Positions 20,132-29,363 of a stretch of 64,000 nucleotides of DNA are shown here, one piece after another; the stretch's first letter is position 1; each line of letters opens with the position of its first letter. The stretch comes from an uncultured Acidimicrobiaceae bacterium (lineage in GTDB: Bacteria; Actinomycetota; Acidimicrobiia; Acidimicrobiales; RAAP-2), in the NCBI GenBank assembly GCA_963701955.1, contig OY969694.1, positions 2,291,224-2,355,223 on the forward strand. The letters are read 5' to 3'. A program made the position numbers and the translations under genes. The notes beneath the pieces were generated by a model. The model saw nothing but the letters and a program-made list of their open reading frames with translations, was not told the origin of the DNA and searched no databases.

Positions 20132-21641
20132 TCAGCTGGTGCAGACCGCGCCTGGTGGGGGTGTGACGCCAGCGACCAGATACGACTCCACGTCCTCGCG
20201 TACACAGCTGCTGTAGAAGTAGGCGACGTGGTCGCCGCCGTCCCGGGTCAAAGAGCGCGCCACGGTCCAGCTCGTGAGAGACGCTCACCGCCCAGGCATA
20301 GGGGGTCGCAGGATCGTCGGTCGTGCCCACGACGAGGATCGGCGGCGCGCCGGGGGCAGCCACCGGTCCCGGAGTCCGGGTCGGACGCGCCGGCCACACG
20401 CTGCAGGCTGCCTCGCCCCAGGCGAGAAGGGGTCCGAAGACGGGTGCCGACACCCCGAAGGACTCGGCCAGTGCACCGTAGGTCGCCGTGCGCCGCGACA
20501 CGGGATGGTCGAGGCAGTCGATCGCGGCCTCGGCATCGTCCTGATTGGGCGTCCCGGCGTCGTTGTAACGGTCCGACATGGCCACGACCGCAGCACCGTT
20601 GCCGGCAGCATCCGCCGCCAGTGCAGCGCCGAGCCGCGACCAGTCATCGCGGGAGTACAGGCCGTCGAGGAGGGCGTCGTAGAGCTCGCCTGCACCCGCG
20701 CTCCGCCCGACACCGGCCGGTGCCGGTGACGTGACGGCAGCCGCGAGCATCCCGAGGAGTGCGGCGGTCGCATCTCCCGTGGGACGCCACGGACAGGCAG
20801 CGGTACCCGCGCACCACGCGAGAAACGCGCTGAGCATCGCCTCGAAGCTGTCAGCCTGCTCCTTCGTGAACTGGTCGTAGGAGATGGCGGGATCGATGAC
20901 GCCGTCGAGCACCATGGCGCGCACGTGCGTCGGAAACAGCGCGGCGTAGGTGAGACCGAGCAGGGAGCCGTACGACTGACCCATGTAGGTCAGGCCGGGA
21001 TCACCCAGGGCCTGTCGGAGCCGGTCCAAGTCCATCGCGACGTCGACGGTACCGACGTGCGGGAGGATCTCGGCACTCGCGCGCTCGCAGGCGGCTGCGT
21101 ACTGCCTCAGCTGCGCGATCAGCTCGGCCTGCTGGGCCGACGTGACCGGGACCGGGTCCGGGGGGTTCGCCGGTGGGCTTCCGGGGGTCTCACCGCACGT
21201 GAGCGGATCGCTGCGGCCCACGCCCCTGGGGTCGAACATCACGATGTCGAAGTCGTCGAGGACCCGTGGCGTGAGCACCCTCAGCTCGTTCGCCATGTCG
21301 TCCACGCCCGAGAGGCCGGGGCCACCAGGATCGATCACCAACGATCCGATCCGCGCCGCCGGAACCTCCGCCGTATGCCGGGCCAGGGCGATCGGGATGG
21401 TCGGCCCGTCCGGGTCGGCAGAGTCGAGTGGAACCGTGAGGTTGGCGCACTGCAGGTCGACGCCACAGAGTGACCAGGCCAGGGGTGCGACGGGGGGCTC
21501 AGTCGTGGTGGTCGTGGAGGTCGAGCTCGTGGTGGTGCGCGGCGACGCCAACGGACCAGACGGCAGCGCGCAACTCGTTGCGAGCACCGCAACGAGCACA
21601 ATCGGCGAACCAATGGCAGTCAGCCGGTCCGGCCGTTTCAA
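20132..21641 (-). CDS. Secreted alpha/beta hydrolase, tripeptidyl-aminopeptidase (TAP) family, lipoprotein-like signal; one +1 frameshift near the 3' end
   Basis: TTG at 21641 forms a TTGA overlap with the upstream stop. The product begins (M)KRPDRLTAIGSPIVLVAVLATSC... and contains GQSYGS (nucleophile) and ...PPILVVGTTDDPATPY. The family C-terminus LTRDGGDHVAYFYSSCVREDVESYLVAGVTPPPGAVCTS* is in the +1 frame after the ctcTTTgac run at about 20250. Confidence 0.8.
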
Positions 21642-22942
21642 GAAGCAGCGGGCTCTTGGGCTCCTGGGCGGGCGAGGGTCTCGAGCCCGGCGCCCACCGT
21701 GGCGGACATGGTCTGCCGGGGCAGTTCGTCCGGAACGACCGGAGTGGCCACCTCCTCGACCGTCGGCCCGATCTCGTCGGCAATCTTCTGCAGTCGGTCC
21801 AGGTCGAGGTCGTAGACGACGGCGGCATTTCCGGATGTCATCAAGCGCACCTCGTCCTCGGGGACATCGGAGAACAGCAATCGCAAGCCCACCCGGGAAT
21901 ACGGGAACGAGCCCTCCGTGTGTGGGTAGTCGGCCCCCCACATGAGCTTGTTCACGCCGATCCGATCGCGCAGGGCCATGTCGGAGGGGCGCAGGAGTGA
22001 CGCGCCGAACCAGCAGTTGCGTTGCCAGTACTCACTGGCCGACAGCTCGAGGTTCCGGACCGCTTTGTTGAACACCGCGTACCCGGCATGCCCTTTGATC
22101 CTGCCGACCGTCATCTCGGCGTCCAGCTTTGCGAGCTCCGCAGGCACCCAGGCGATCGAGCTCTCGGTGAAGACGAACTTCACGTCCGGGAACCGCTGGA
22201 AGACACCGCCCCAGACGAGTTGGGAGAGGCCACGCATGAAGAAGAATTCGATCTCGTGCGCCCCGATCGCCAGGGCCGGGGGTCCGTGTTCTTGTTCTGA
22301 CTCTCCCGACGAGGTGGCATGGCGGTGAACCGGGAGGTTCAGCTCGCTGCACACCGCCCAGAACGGATCGAGGCGGGGCTCATAGATGTTGACCAGCTGC
22401 TTCATGTGGTCACCCGGCATGAGGATCCCCGCCAGGCCCACCTCCTTGGCCTTCTTGACCTCGGCGACTGCCTCGTCGATGTCGTTCAGGAAGACCTGTG
22501 CCAGCCCGAGTCGTCGACCGGGCGCCAAGGCACAGAAGTCAGCCAGCCAGCGGTTGTGCGCCTTTATGCCCTCCCATCGGTACCGGTACTCTTCGTCGGT
22601 GCTCGGGGCCGGAGCGGTGATCACGCCGCTCGGGTAGAAAGGCGGCACGGTGTTGGGGAAGACGACCTCGGCGGCGATGCCCTCTTGGTCCATGTGCTTG
22701 AGGCGGACATCGCTCTCCCAGCTGTAGGGCGAGACGAACGAGACCCGGCCCATCTTGAGCCCTTCATCCTCAGCGGCATCAATCTCGCGGTCGAAGTCCG
22801 TCCATGGGTCGTGGAACTCCGCTGCCCACGCATCGAATTCCTCTTGGAACGCCTTGGGCAGGTACGCCTTGTAGTCCCACAAGTCCGCACCGGCGTGCGC
22901 GTCCGACGACACGAGTATGTAGCGAGGTACTCCCTGGCTCAT
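21638..22942 (-). CDS. Amidohydrolase-2 (ACMSD-like metal-dependent hydrolase) family protein
   Basis: ATG at 22942 follows CAAAGGAGGAGA. The product begins MSQGVPRYILVSSDAHAGADLWDYKAYLPK...PVHRHAT...MWGADYPHTEG. Confidence 0.85.
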   Translation of the reverse strand: MSQGVPRYILVSSDAHAGADLWDYKAYLPKAFQEEFDAWAAEFHDPWTDFDREIDAAEDEGLKMGRVSFVSPYSWESDVRLKHMDQEGIAAEVVFPNTVPPFYPSGVITAPAPSTDEEYRYRWEGIKAHNRWLADFCALAPGRRLGLAQVFLNDIDEAVAEVKKAKEVGLAGILMPGDHMKQLVNIYEPRLDPFWAVCSELNLPVHRHATSSGESEQEHGPPALAIGAHEIEFFFMRGLSQLVWGGVFQRFPDVKFVFTESSIAWVPAELAKLDAEMTVGRIKGHAGYAVFNKAVRNLELSASEYWQRNCWFGASLLRPSDMALRDRIGVNKLMWGADYPHTEGSFPYSRVGLRLLFSDVPEDEVRLMTSGNAAVVYDLDLDRLQKIADEIGPTVEEVATPVVPDELPRQTMSATVGAGLETLARPGAQEPAAS

Positions 22943-23057
22943 GTCTCCTCCTTTGACTCGTTCATCCCAACAATGGCCCATTCCGCCGAGCCCGGGTACC
23001 CAGGCCCCGGCCCAGGCCCTGAGTTCCCAAAAATGAGATGAAAGTGACATTACAGAG

Positions 23058-23537
23058 TTGACTATCAGGGCCTCGCGCGTCAATGGTGGCACTAACGTCG
23101 GACCTGTGGAGATTCGTTTCAACCACATGGAGATCACCTTGCCGAAGGGATCGCTGACCGAGGAATTTCGGGCCGACGTGGTCTCGTTCTACGGGGACGT
23201 GTACGGATTCACATTCAGCCACGGCGACATGTTCGGCCAGAGCAGCTGCACCATGGGGCTCGACAACGGGTCGTTCATCCTGCTCATTGAGGGGGATGCA
23301 CCGATGACGGCGAATGGATTCGACCATCTCGGGTTCGAACAGGCGTCGCGGGCGGATGTGGACGACACCCTGGCCAAGGTCAGGCAGTGGAAGGGCAAGG
23401 ACGACCGGATCCAGTTGAAGGAGTATCCGGACGGCACCCTGGGCGGCAGGGCCTATCACGCCTACTACGTGAAGCACCTCCTGCCCATCTGGTTCGACGT
23501 GCAATACAGCGAGCCGATCCGGGGGTCTGACAGCTAG
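23058..23537 (+). CDS. VOC/glyoxalase-like small protein
   Basis: The product reads ...VEIRFNHMEITLPKGSLTEEFRADVVSFYGDVYGF...FDHLGFEQASRADVD... An alternative GTG start lies at 23106. Confidence 0.6.
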   Translation: MTIRASRVNGGTNVGPVEIRFNHMEITLPKGSLTEEFRADVVSFYGDVYGFTFSHGDMFGQSSCTMGLDNGSFILLIEGDAPMTANGFDHLGFEQASRADVDDTLAKVRQWKGKDDRIQLKEYPDGTLGGRAYHAYYVKHLLPIWFDVQYSEPIRGSDS

Positions 23538-24577
23538 TCCTCGACCTCGATGTCGTAGAGCTCCTTCACGTTCGCCGAGAGGACCGCCCCGAGTTGAGCG
23601 CTGTCCAGCCCCGCCAGGGTCTGCTGCGCAACTTCTCGCGAGTGGGGCCAGGTCGACATGCCGTGCGGGTAGTCGTTGGACCACATCACGTTGCCCGCGC
23701 CGATCTGCCCGACCACATGGCGGACCGTCCGATCGGCGAGGAAGGTCGCGTAGACGTGGTCAGCGAAACACTCCGAGGGAAGACGCGTGAGCCCCACACC
23801 GCGGTCGAACCTTCTGAAGAAGAAGTCCCATTGGTCGAGCGCGAACGGGATCCAGCCGACCTCGTTCTCGACCAGCACGACTTTGAGCCCAACGTAGCGG
23901 TCGAGGGTGCCCGAGAAGACGAGATCGAGGAGCGTGTCCATCACCGAGGACAGGCAGTGGTTCGTGACCCGGAAGAACGACACACCACCGCCCACGTCGC
24001 CGTCACCCATCGACTCGAAGAGCTCACGGCTGTGGTCGAACCCCGTGATCGCGTGCAAGCTCACCGGGAGTCCCCGACGGGCGGCCTCGGCCCAGAAACG
24101 GTCGTAGTGATCGCTCGTGAACGGGAGGTCCGGGTGAGGGCTCTGCCAGATCTGCACGCCACGTAAGCCATGCTCGTCGCACCACCGGACCTCGTCGAGC
24201 GCGCGGTCCATGTCGTAGGTGGGGATCAGGCCGACACCGATCAGTCGGTTCGGTGCGACCTCGCAGAAACCGGCCAACCATTCGTTGTAACGGCGGAAGC
24301 ACTCGGCCTGCGCGTCGGGCTCCAGAGTGAACAGCTTCATCGCCAGGGAGGGGTACAGGACCTCGGCGGACACACCGTCGACCGCCATCTCGGGAACCCT
24401 CGCCGCGGCGTCGTACGCCCCCGGCTTCCGCCCGAACGCCGATTCGAGCTTTCCCCAATGATCGGCCGGCAGGACATCGGCCCAGAGGGCAGGGTCCTCG
24501 ATCACGTGTGAATCGGACGAGATGAAGGTCGTACTCGAAAGGTCGAGTTGCGACCTCGGCGGATCCAGGATGCTCAC
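23534..24577 (-). CDS. Amidohydrolase-2 family protein
   Basis: GTG at 24577 follows GAGGGGGGAG. The product reads ...FISSDSHVIEDPALWADVLP...VSAEVLYPS...LPVSLHAI...MWSNDYPHGMSTW. Confidence 0.8.
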   Translation of the reverse strand: MSILDPPRSQLDLSSTTFISSDSHVIEDPALWADVLPADHWGKLESAFGRKPGAYDAAARVPEMAVDGVSAEVLYPSLAMKLFTLEPDAQAECFRRYNEWLAGFCEVAPNRLIGVGLIPTYDMDRALDEVRWCDEHGLRGVQIWQSPHPDLPFTSDHYDRFWAEAARRGLPVSLHAITGFDHSRELFESMGDGDVGGGVSFFRVTNHCLSSVMDTLLDLVFSGTLDRYVGLKVVLVENEVGWIPFALDQWDFFFRRFDRGVGLTRLPSECFADHVYATFLADRTVRHVVGQIGAGNVMWSNDYPHGMSTWPHSREVAQQTLAGLDSAQLGAVLSANVKELYDIEVED

Positions 24578-24618
24578 TCGGCAGCTCCCCCCTCTTGCCA
24601 CGTCTCTTCGTTCGGCCC

Positions 24619-26304
24619 CTAATTTGGCACCGGCAGGTCGGCGCGCAGCAACTGCCCGGCACGCGCTCCCGTCGGCTGACCGTCTTTCAAATGTACCTGC
24701 CCGTTCACGACAACGGACTTGTACCCACGCGCGGTCTGTACCAGCCGACGGGCTCCACCGGGCAGGTCGAAGGCCACGCTCGGCATGTTCGGTCCCACCG
24801 TCTCGGGGTCGAAGATGGTGATGTCAGCGGCGAACCCCTCCGCGAGCAACCCCCGGTCACGGAGTCGCCAGATCGCCGCGGGCCGACGGGTGATCATCTG
24901 AATCGCCTCCTCGAGTGTCAGCGCTTGACGCTCTCGTACCCAGAAGGCGAGAAGATGCGACTGAATGGAGGAGTCGATGATCTGACCCACGTGGGCCCCC
25001 GCGTCAGAGAAGGTCATGGCGGTGTTGGGGTTCCTGAGCATGGCGACGACCTCGTCCTCGCTCTCGTCGCTGAAGAATTGCAGGAAGAAGACGTCGAAGT
25101 CCTGCTCGAGCGCAAGGTCGATCACGAGCTCGACGGGATCGATGCCGCGACGGTCGGCCAGCTCGCGCACACTGGGGTTCGGAAGGTACGGCGATGTCAT
25201 GACTTTGAGCCGGTCGAAGTTCGGTCTCGACGCGTCGGGGCCGAGCGCGTTTCCGTAGTCACCGTGCTTGGCCGCGTGGACGAGGCGCGCCCGCACCTCT
25301 GGGTCCTCGAGCAGCCGACGCTGCACGTCCAGCGGCTTCGTGCGCACCTCCTGCCATTCGGGGAGCCGGTCGAAGACGAGCTGGGTCCGGAACGACTGCA
25401 CCTCTGAGACCCCGCGGGAGTGGGTCAATCCGATCATCTTGCCGCCACGGGCCACGGTGTCGTCGATGAGCCGCGTGGTCTTTCCGCCGATGACCCCGTA
25501 CATGACGGGCACACCGGTGGAGAGCGCCAGTTCTTGGAGTCGCCGTTCGTAGTCGGCCATGCCTTCGGGATCCCGGTGGTGGGCTTCCGCGGCGAGCTGG
25601 AAGCCACCCGCACTCTCCCGGGCCATGATCTCGACGAGTGCGACCACCTCGCTCCACGATGCCTGACGGGACGCCACCGGGCGGTCGTCGGACGTGGTGT
25701 GTCCGGCACTGCGCGACGTGGTGAACCCGACCGCTCCCGCCCGGAGGGCATCGCGGAGTTCCTGCCCCATGACCTCGAGGTCGTGATCGGTCGCGGTCTC
25801 GCTGAAGGCCCGTTCACCCATTGCCCATGTGCGCAGTGCCGAGTGCCCGATTGAGCCTGCATGGTTGAGGCCCTTCGGGGTGGCCTCGACGGCATCGAGA
25901 TACTCCCGATAGGTGGACCAGGTCCAGTCGATGCCCTCCGCCATCGCCGCGGCCGAAATGTCCTCGGCCCGCTCGAGGTTGCGCACCACGAGCGCCCGTT
26001 CGTCGACCCGGGCCGGCGCCAGGGTGAATCCGCAGTTCCCCATCACGACGGTGGTGACCCCGTGCCAACACGAGGACGTACCCAGCTCGTCCCAGAACAC
26101 CTGCGCGTCCATGTGCGTGTGGGCATCCACGAACCCCGGAGCCACCACGTGACCCTCGGCGTCGATCTCTTCGCGACCGGATCCCTCGAGGTCGCCGACT
26201 GCGGCGATACGGTCGCCCACCACCGCGACATCGGCCCTTCGACGAGCGGCGCCCGATCCATCGATCACCGTGCCGTTGCGCACGACGAGGTCGTAGATCG
26301 TCAT
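24619..26304 (-). CDS. N-acyl-D-amino-acid deacylase (D-aminoacylase) family amidohydrolase
   Basis: The product reads MTIYDLVVRNGTVIDGSGAARRRADVAVVGDRIAAVGDL...APGFVDAHTHMDAQVFWD...TTVVMGNCGFTLAP... Confidence 0.9.
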   Translation of the reverse strand: MTIYDLVVRNGTVIDGSGAARRRADVAVVGDRIAAVGDLEGSGREEIDAEGHVVAPGFVDAHTHMDAQVFWDELGTSSCWHGVTTVVMGNCGFTLAPARVDERALVVRNLERAEDISAAAMAEGIDWTWSTYREYLDAVEATPKGLNHAGSIGHSALRTWAMGERAFSETATDHDLEVMGQELRDALRAGAVGFTTSRSAGHTTSDDRPVASRQASWSEVVALVEIMARESAGGFQLAAEAHHRDPEGMADYERRLQELALSTGVPVMYGVIGGKTTRLIDDTVARGGKMIGLTHSRGVSEVQSFRTQLVFDRLPEWQEVRTKPLDVQRRLLEDPEVRARLVHAAKHGDYGNALGPDASRPNFDRLKVMTSPYLPNPSVRELADRRGIDPVELVIDLALEQDFDVFFLQFFSDESEDEVVAMLRNPNTAMTFSDAGAHVGQIIDSSIQSHLLAFWVRERQALTLEEAIQMITRRPAAIWRLRDRGLLAEGFAADITIFDPETVGPNMPSVAFDLPGGARRLVQTARGYKSVVVNGQVHLKDGQPTGARAGQLLRADLPVPN

Positions 26305-26373
26305 CGCTCACCCCCACTCATGACGTCAGGGTATCTGAGCCACACGCTGGTGTCTCGAGGCATTCCCCACACC

Positions 26374-27210
26374 CTATGACCGCCTCAGACTTGTCGCTTC
26401 GAACGTCACGACCATGTCGTCGAGAGGAAGCACCACCTCGGGGCGAACGAACCGATGGGCATCTGCCGTCAGGCGCACCGCGGTTCCCCAGGCCGTGAAT
26501 CCCACGGCATGGTGAGCGAAGCGCAGTGGCCCCTCGGTGACCTTGACCGCCACGATGCCCTGCCCTCCGGCGTCCAGAGCGGAGCGCTGCATCCGCTCCA
26601 TCGCAGACTCACGCGCCGAGTACATGGCCTCGGTGAAGTTGGTGAGCTCGACGTTCTGCGTCTTCTGCTTCAGTGTGTCCCCGGCCGATCGGCGGGGCGC
26701 ATAGACGAAACTGGCCCCGAAGGCCAACCCGACGGGCATCCAACCGGCACTGTCGAGCAGCGTGAAATCGCGAGCCGAGAGGTCCGACACGAACACCGAG
26801 GAAGGTTTCGAAGCTCCGCCGAGCGGACGAATTGCCGTGCCGATCAGTTCGACGTCGATGTGATGCGTGTGCACCTCGACCTCGACGCGAACGCCGACGA
26901 CACCATGGCCCTCCACCTTGGTGCACTCGCCCTTGAGCCGCGCCGAGGCATTCCCGACGGCTGTGTTGTGCGCCGCCGAGGCAACGGAGATCTGCCCCTG
27001 TCCCCAGTTCCAGACCCCGACAGGCACCGAGACCACCGATACCCCGCAGACGAGATCGACCGGCTCCCATCCGGCGCCATGGAGGAGGAGCGCTTCGTCG
27101 ATGGACAGGTCCGACGTGACGGCACGGGATCGACCCGGCGGTGGCGATCCGGCAAGGGATTCAGCTCCCCTGAGCATCTCCGCTCTCACGTCGAGCGGGC
27201 TGGCGGTCAT
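26374..27210 (-). CDS. Double YbjQ (DUF74/UPF0145) domain protein, paralogue 3 of 3
   Basis: ATG at 27210 forms an ATGA overlap with the upstream stop. It has two modules. Module 1: VTSDLSIDEALLLHGAGWEPVDLVCG...GHGVVGVRVEV...IGTAI. Module 2: VSDLSARDFTLLDSAGWMPVGLAFG...FTEAMYSARESAMERMQRSALDAGGQGIVAVKV...WGTAV. Confidence 0.8.
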   Translation of the reverse strand: MTASPLDVRAEMLRGAESLAGSPPPGRSRAVTSDLSIDEALLLHGAGWEPVDLVCGVSVVSVPVGVWNWGQGQISVASAAHNTAVGNASARLKGECTKVEGHGVVGVRVEVEVHTHHIDVELIGTAIRPLGGASKPSSVFVSDLSARDFTLLDSAGWMPVGLAFGASFVYAPRRSAGDTLKQKTQNVELTNFTEAMYSARESAMERMQRSALDAGGQGIVAVKVTEGPLRFAHHAVGFTAWGTAVRLTADAHRFVRPEVVLPLDDMVVTFEATSLRRS

Positions 27211-28112
27211 GTGAGGCGCACGGTGGGTCGTGGCGGCTCCACGACATCGAATTCCTTGAACCGACGCATCCGATTTCCACGCAACGTGCAGTCGATCACC
27301 TCGTCGCCCTGCGCCAACTCCTTGGTGACCACCTCGATCCGGGCGCCGTGCAGCATGTCCCCGGAGAGCTGCCGGCGGGCGTCCTTCCGGGCCAGTTGCC
27401 GCACCGCCGTGTGCGCCTTGCTGACCTGCTCGATCTCGTATGGCGAGGTTGGCCCACCCCATACCCCGCTCCCTTCCATCAGGTACTCGGTGATGCAGTA
27501 GGCCCACACCCTCACCGATGCCATGGCGGCCACCACGGCCACGGGCATGAAGCCGGCCTCAATCGACTTGGTCAGCCGCTGGCCGGCCAGGTAGGTCGTC
27601 CACGGCACGCCTCCAGCGGGAGCTGGTCCATCCTCGACCCGGATGGCTGTGCCCACGAGATGGAACTCCGTGGTGCCGGTGTCCGCCAATGGCATGACGC
27701 GGTCGGCCACGCCGACGATGCCGTGGGCGCCGATCGACTCGGCCTCCTGCAGCATCCGGTCGTAGGCGGACCGGTATCCCGACGACCAGGCAGACTCGAC
27801 CCAGACCTGTTCGAGGTTCTGGCCCCAGGACCGGTGCTCGTTCGAGACGAATCCGTGGGGACAACGGTAGGTCTCGCTGTAGCCGTCACTGCCCTGCCCG
27901 CCGTATGTGGACGGGTTCATTCCACGCCCGAACCCGGACCCCGGCCCATACCAGCCCCACTGCATGACGCAGAAGCCTTGTACCAGTCCGACCGGTTGGA
28001 GGCCGAGATCGACACATGCGGCGAAGTCGGGTACCGACAACCCCGAGGAGAAGGCGGGCGCTTCGAGGCGCCGAACTGCTGCCTCGGGAAGGCCGTCGGC
28101 GTTGTCGCCCAT
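27207..28112 (-). CDS. Double YbjQ-like domain protein, divergent paralogue 2 of 3 (Gly/aromatic-rich insertion)
   Basis: ATG at 28112 shares 1 nt with the upstream TGA. Module 1 reads SSGLSVPDFAACVDLGLQPVGLVQG...[about 50-aa insert]...YDRMLQEAESIGAHGIVGVAD...VGTAI. Module 2 is degenerate. Confidence 0.75.
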   Translation of the reverse strand: MGDNADGLPEAAVRRLEAPAFSSGLSVPDFAACVDLGLQPVGLVQGFCVMQWGWYGPGSGFGRGMNPSTYGGQGSDGYSETYRCPHGFVSNEHRSWGQNLEQVWVESAWSSGYRSAYDRMLQEAESIGAHGIVGVADRVMPLADTGTTEFHLVGTAIRVEDGPAPAGGVPWTTYLAGQRLTKSIEAGFMPVAVVAAMASVRVWAYCITEYLMEGSGVWGGPTSPYEIEQVSKAHTAVRQLARKDARRQLSGDMLHGARIEVVTKELAQGDEVIDCTLRGNRMRRFKEFDVVEPPRPTVRLT

Positions 28113-28906
28113 CAGTTGTCGAGCGAGATGATCGTGATCGGCTTCGGGAGCGTGACGTCGCCCGTCGTCCTGGTGACGGCCGTACCCAACGCGAGGAATT
28201 CAATGGTGTGCGATCCCCACTGGTGCGACTTCTCCTCCAGACGCACTCCGACGATCCCGTTGGCCTTGAGCCGGTTTGCCTCATCTTGCATTCGGGTCAT
28301 AGCCAACTCCCGGGCTTCGTACAGCGCCTGGGTGAAATTCGGGAGCTCCGCGTTCTGGCCCATCGAGCCCAGCGCCTGGGTGAGTTTGCGGTGGGCGATG
28401 TGGTAGACGCACGTGCCCATGACCAACCCCTGCGGGGTATGGCCCGTCTGCATGAGCGTCCAGAAATCCTGCCCGGAGAGATCGGAGGTGAACGGTTTCC
28501 CGTCGGCGTTCCGATACGAGGTGCCGTCCTCGGCCTTCACGGCGGTTCCGAAGGCGATGAACTCGGCCGAGTCGTTGCCCCACTCGTAGTAGTTGACGTC
28601 GAGCCGTACGCCGACCACCCCGTCCGCGCCGAGCTCTTCGGCCTCCTCCTCCATGCGGTTCATGGCCAATTCACGCGCCGTGTACATGGCCTCGGTCAGC
28701 TTGGCGAGCTCTTGGCTCTCTCCCCACCTCCGCGTCTGGAGTCCGATGTGGTAGATCGACGAGCCCATGACGAAGCCGAGGGGGTGGAACCCGGCCTCCT
28801 TGACGAGGAGGAACTCGTTGACCGACAGGTCCGATGTGAAGAGCCCGTGCTCGAGCTCTTCCAGTCGGTGCGTCGCGTCCTTGGGCAAGTCCTGAGGCTG
28901 GGTCAT
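28112..28906 (-). CDS. Double YbjQ (DUF74/UPF0145) domain protein, paralogue 1 of 3
   Basis: ATG at 28906 forms an ATGA overlap with the upstream stop. Module 1: FTSDLSVNEFLLVKEAGFHPLGFVMG...LTEAMYTARELAMNRMEEEAEELGADGVVGVRLDV...FGTAV. Module 2: FTSDLSGQDFWTLMQTGHTPQGLVMG...FTQALYEARELAMTRMQDEANRLKANGIVGVRLE...LGTAV. Confidence 0.85.
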   Translation of the reverse strand: MTQPQDLPKDATHRLEELEHGLFTSDLSVNEFLLVKEAGFHPLGFVMGSSIYHIGLQTRRWGESQELAKLTEAMYTARELAMNRMEEEAEELGADGVVGVRLDVNYYEWGNDSAEFIAFGTAVKAEDGTSYRNADGKPFTSDLSGQDFWTLMQTGHTPQGLVMGTCVYHIAHRKLTQALGSMGQNAELPNFTQALYEARELAMTRMQDEANRLKANGIVGVRLEEKSHQWGSHTIEFLALGTAVTRTTGDVTLPKPITIISLDN

Positions 28907-29316
28907 GACGACCCTCCGATCACGATGTTCTCGAGAGCGACCCGCGTCTCCTCGCTGTGCGCGGCTTCGTTGTGCAACATGGTGAGGAGACGGGTGATCC
29001 AGGCGTCCATGCCGACCTGCTCGCTTCTGATCCGAATGCCGCCCGATGCATGGCCGATGCTGCACCGCACCACGGCGCCTTCGACGTCGGCCCGCAGCGT
29101 GTCGTCACCAAGGTTGATCTCCACGGACCTGATCTCATCGGACTTCCTGAAGCGGCCACCGGCACGCTCGACCCTGATCCGACTTCCAAGCACCTCGGCA
29201 AGTTGCGTCACGAGCAATTTCAGCAGAATGCGAGAGTCGGTGTTGTTGGACTGCAACGACGAGACGGCCAGGGAGAGATCAAAGGCGTCGCTCCGGTCGT
29301 CGCCAACCGGTTCCAT
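28903..29316 (-). CDS. Hypothetical 137-aa protein, first gene of the YbjQ operon
   Basis: ATG at 29316 is preceded by GAGGAAAG; the track start at 29331 lacks an RBS. The product is MEPVGDDRSDAFDLSLAVSSLQSNNTDSRILLKLLVTQLAEVLGSRIRVERAGGRFRK... I recognise no family. Confidence 0.6.
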   Translation of the reverse strand: MEPVGDDRSDAFDLSLAVSSLQSNNTDSRILLKLLVTQLAEVLGSRIRVERAGGRFRKSDEIRSVEINLGDDTLRADVEGAVVRCSIGHASGGIRIRSEQVGMDAWITRLLTMLHNEAAHSEETRVALENIVIGGSS

Positions 29317-29363
29317 GGTCACTTTCCTCATCGTAGCCGTTGACCAGGGAGAAATCGCCGGGC

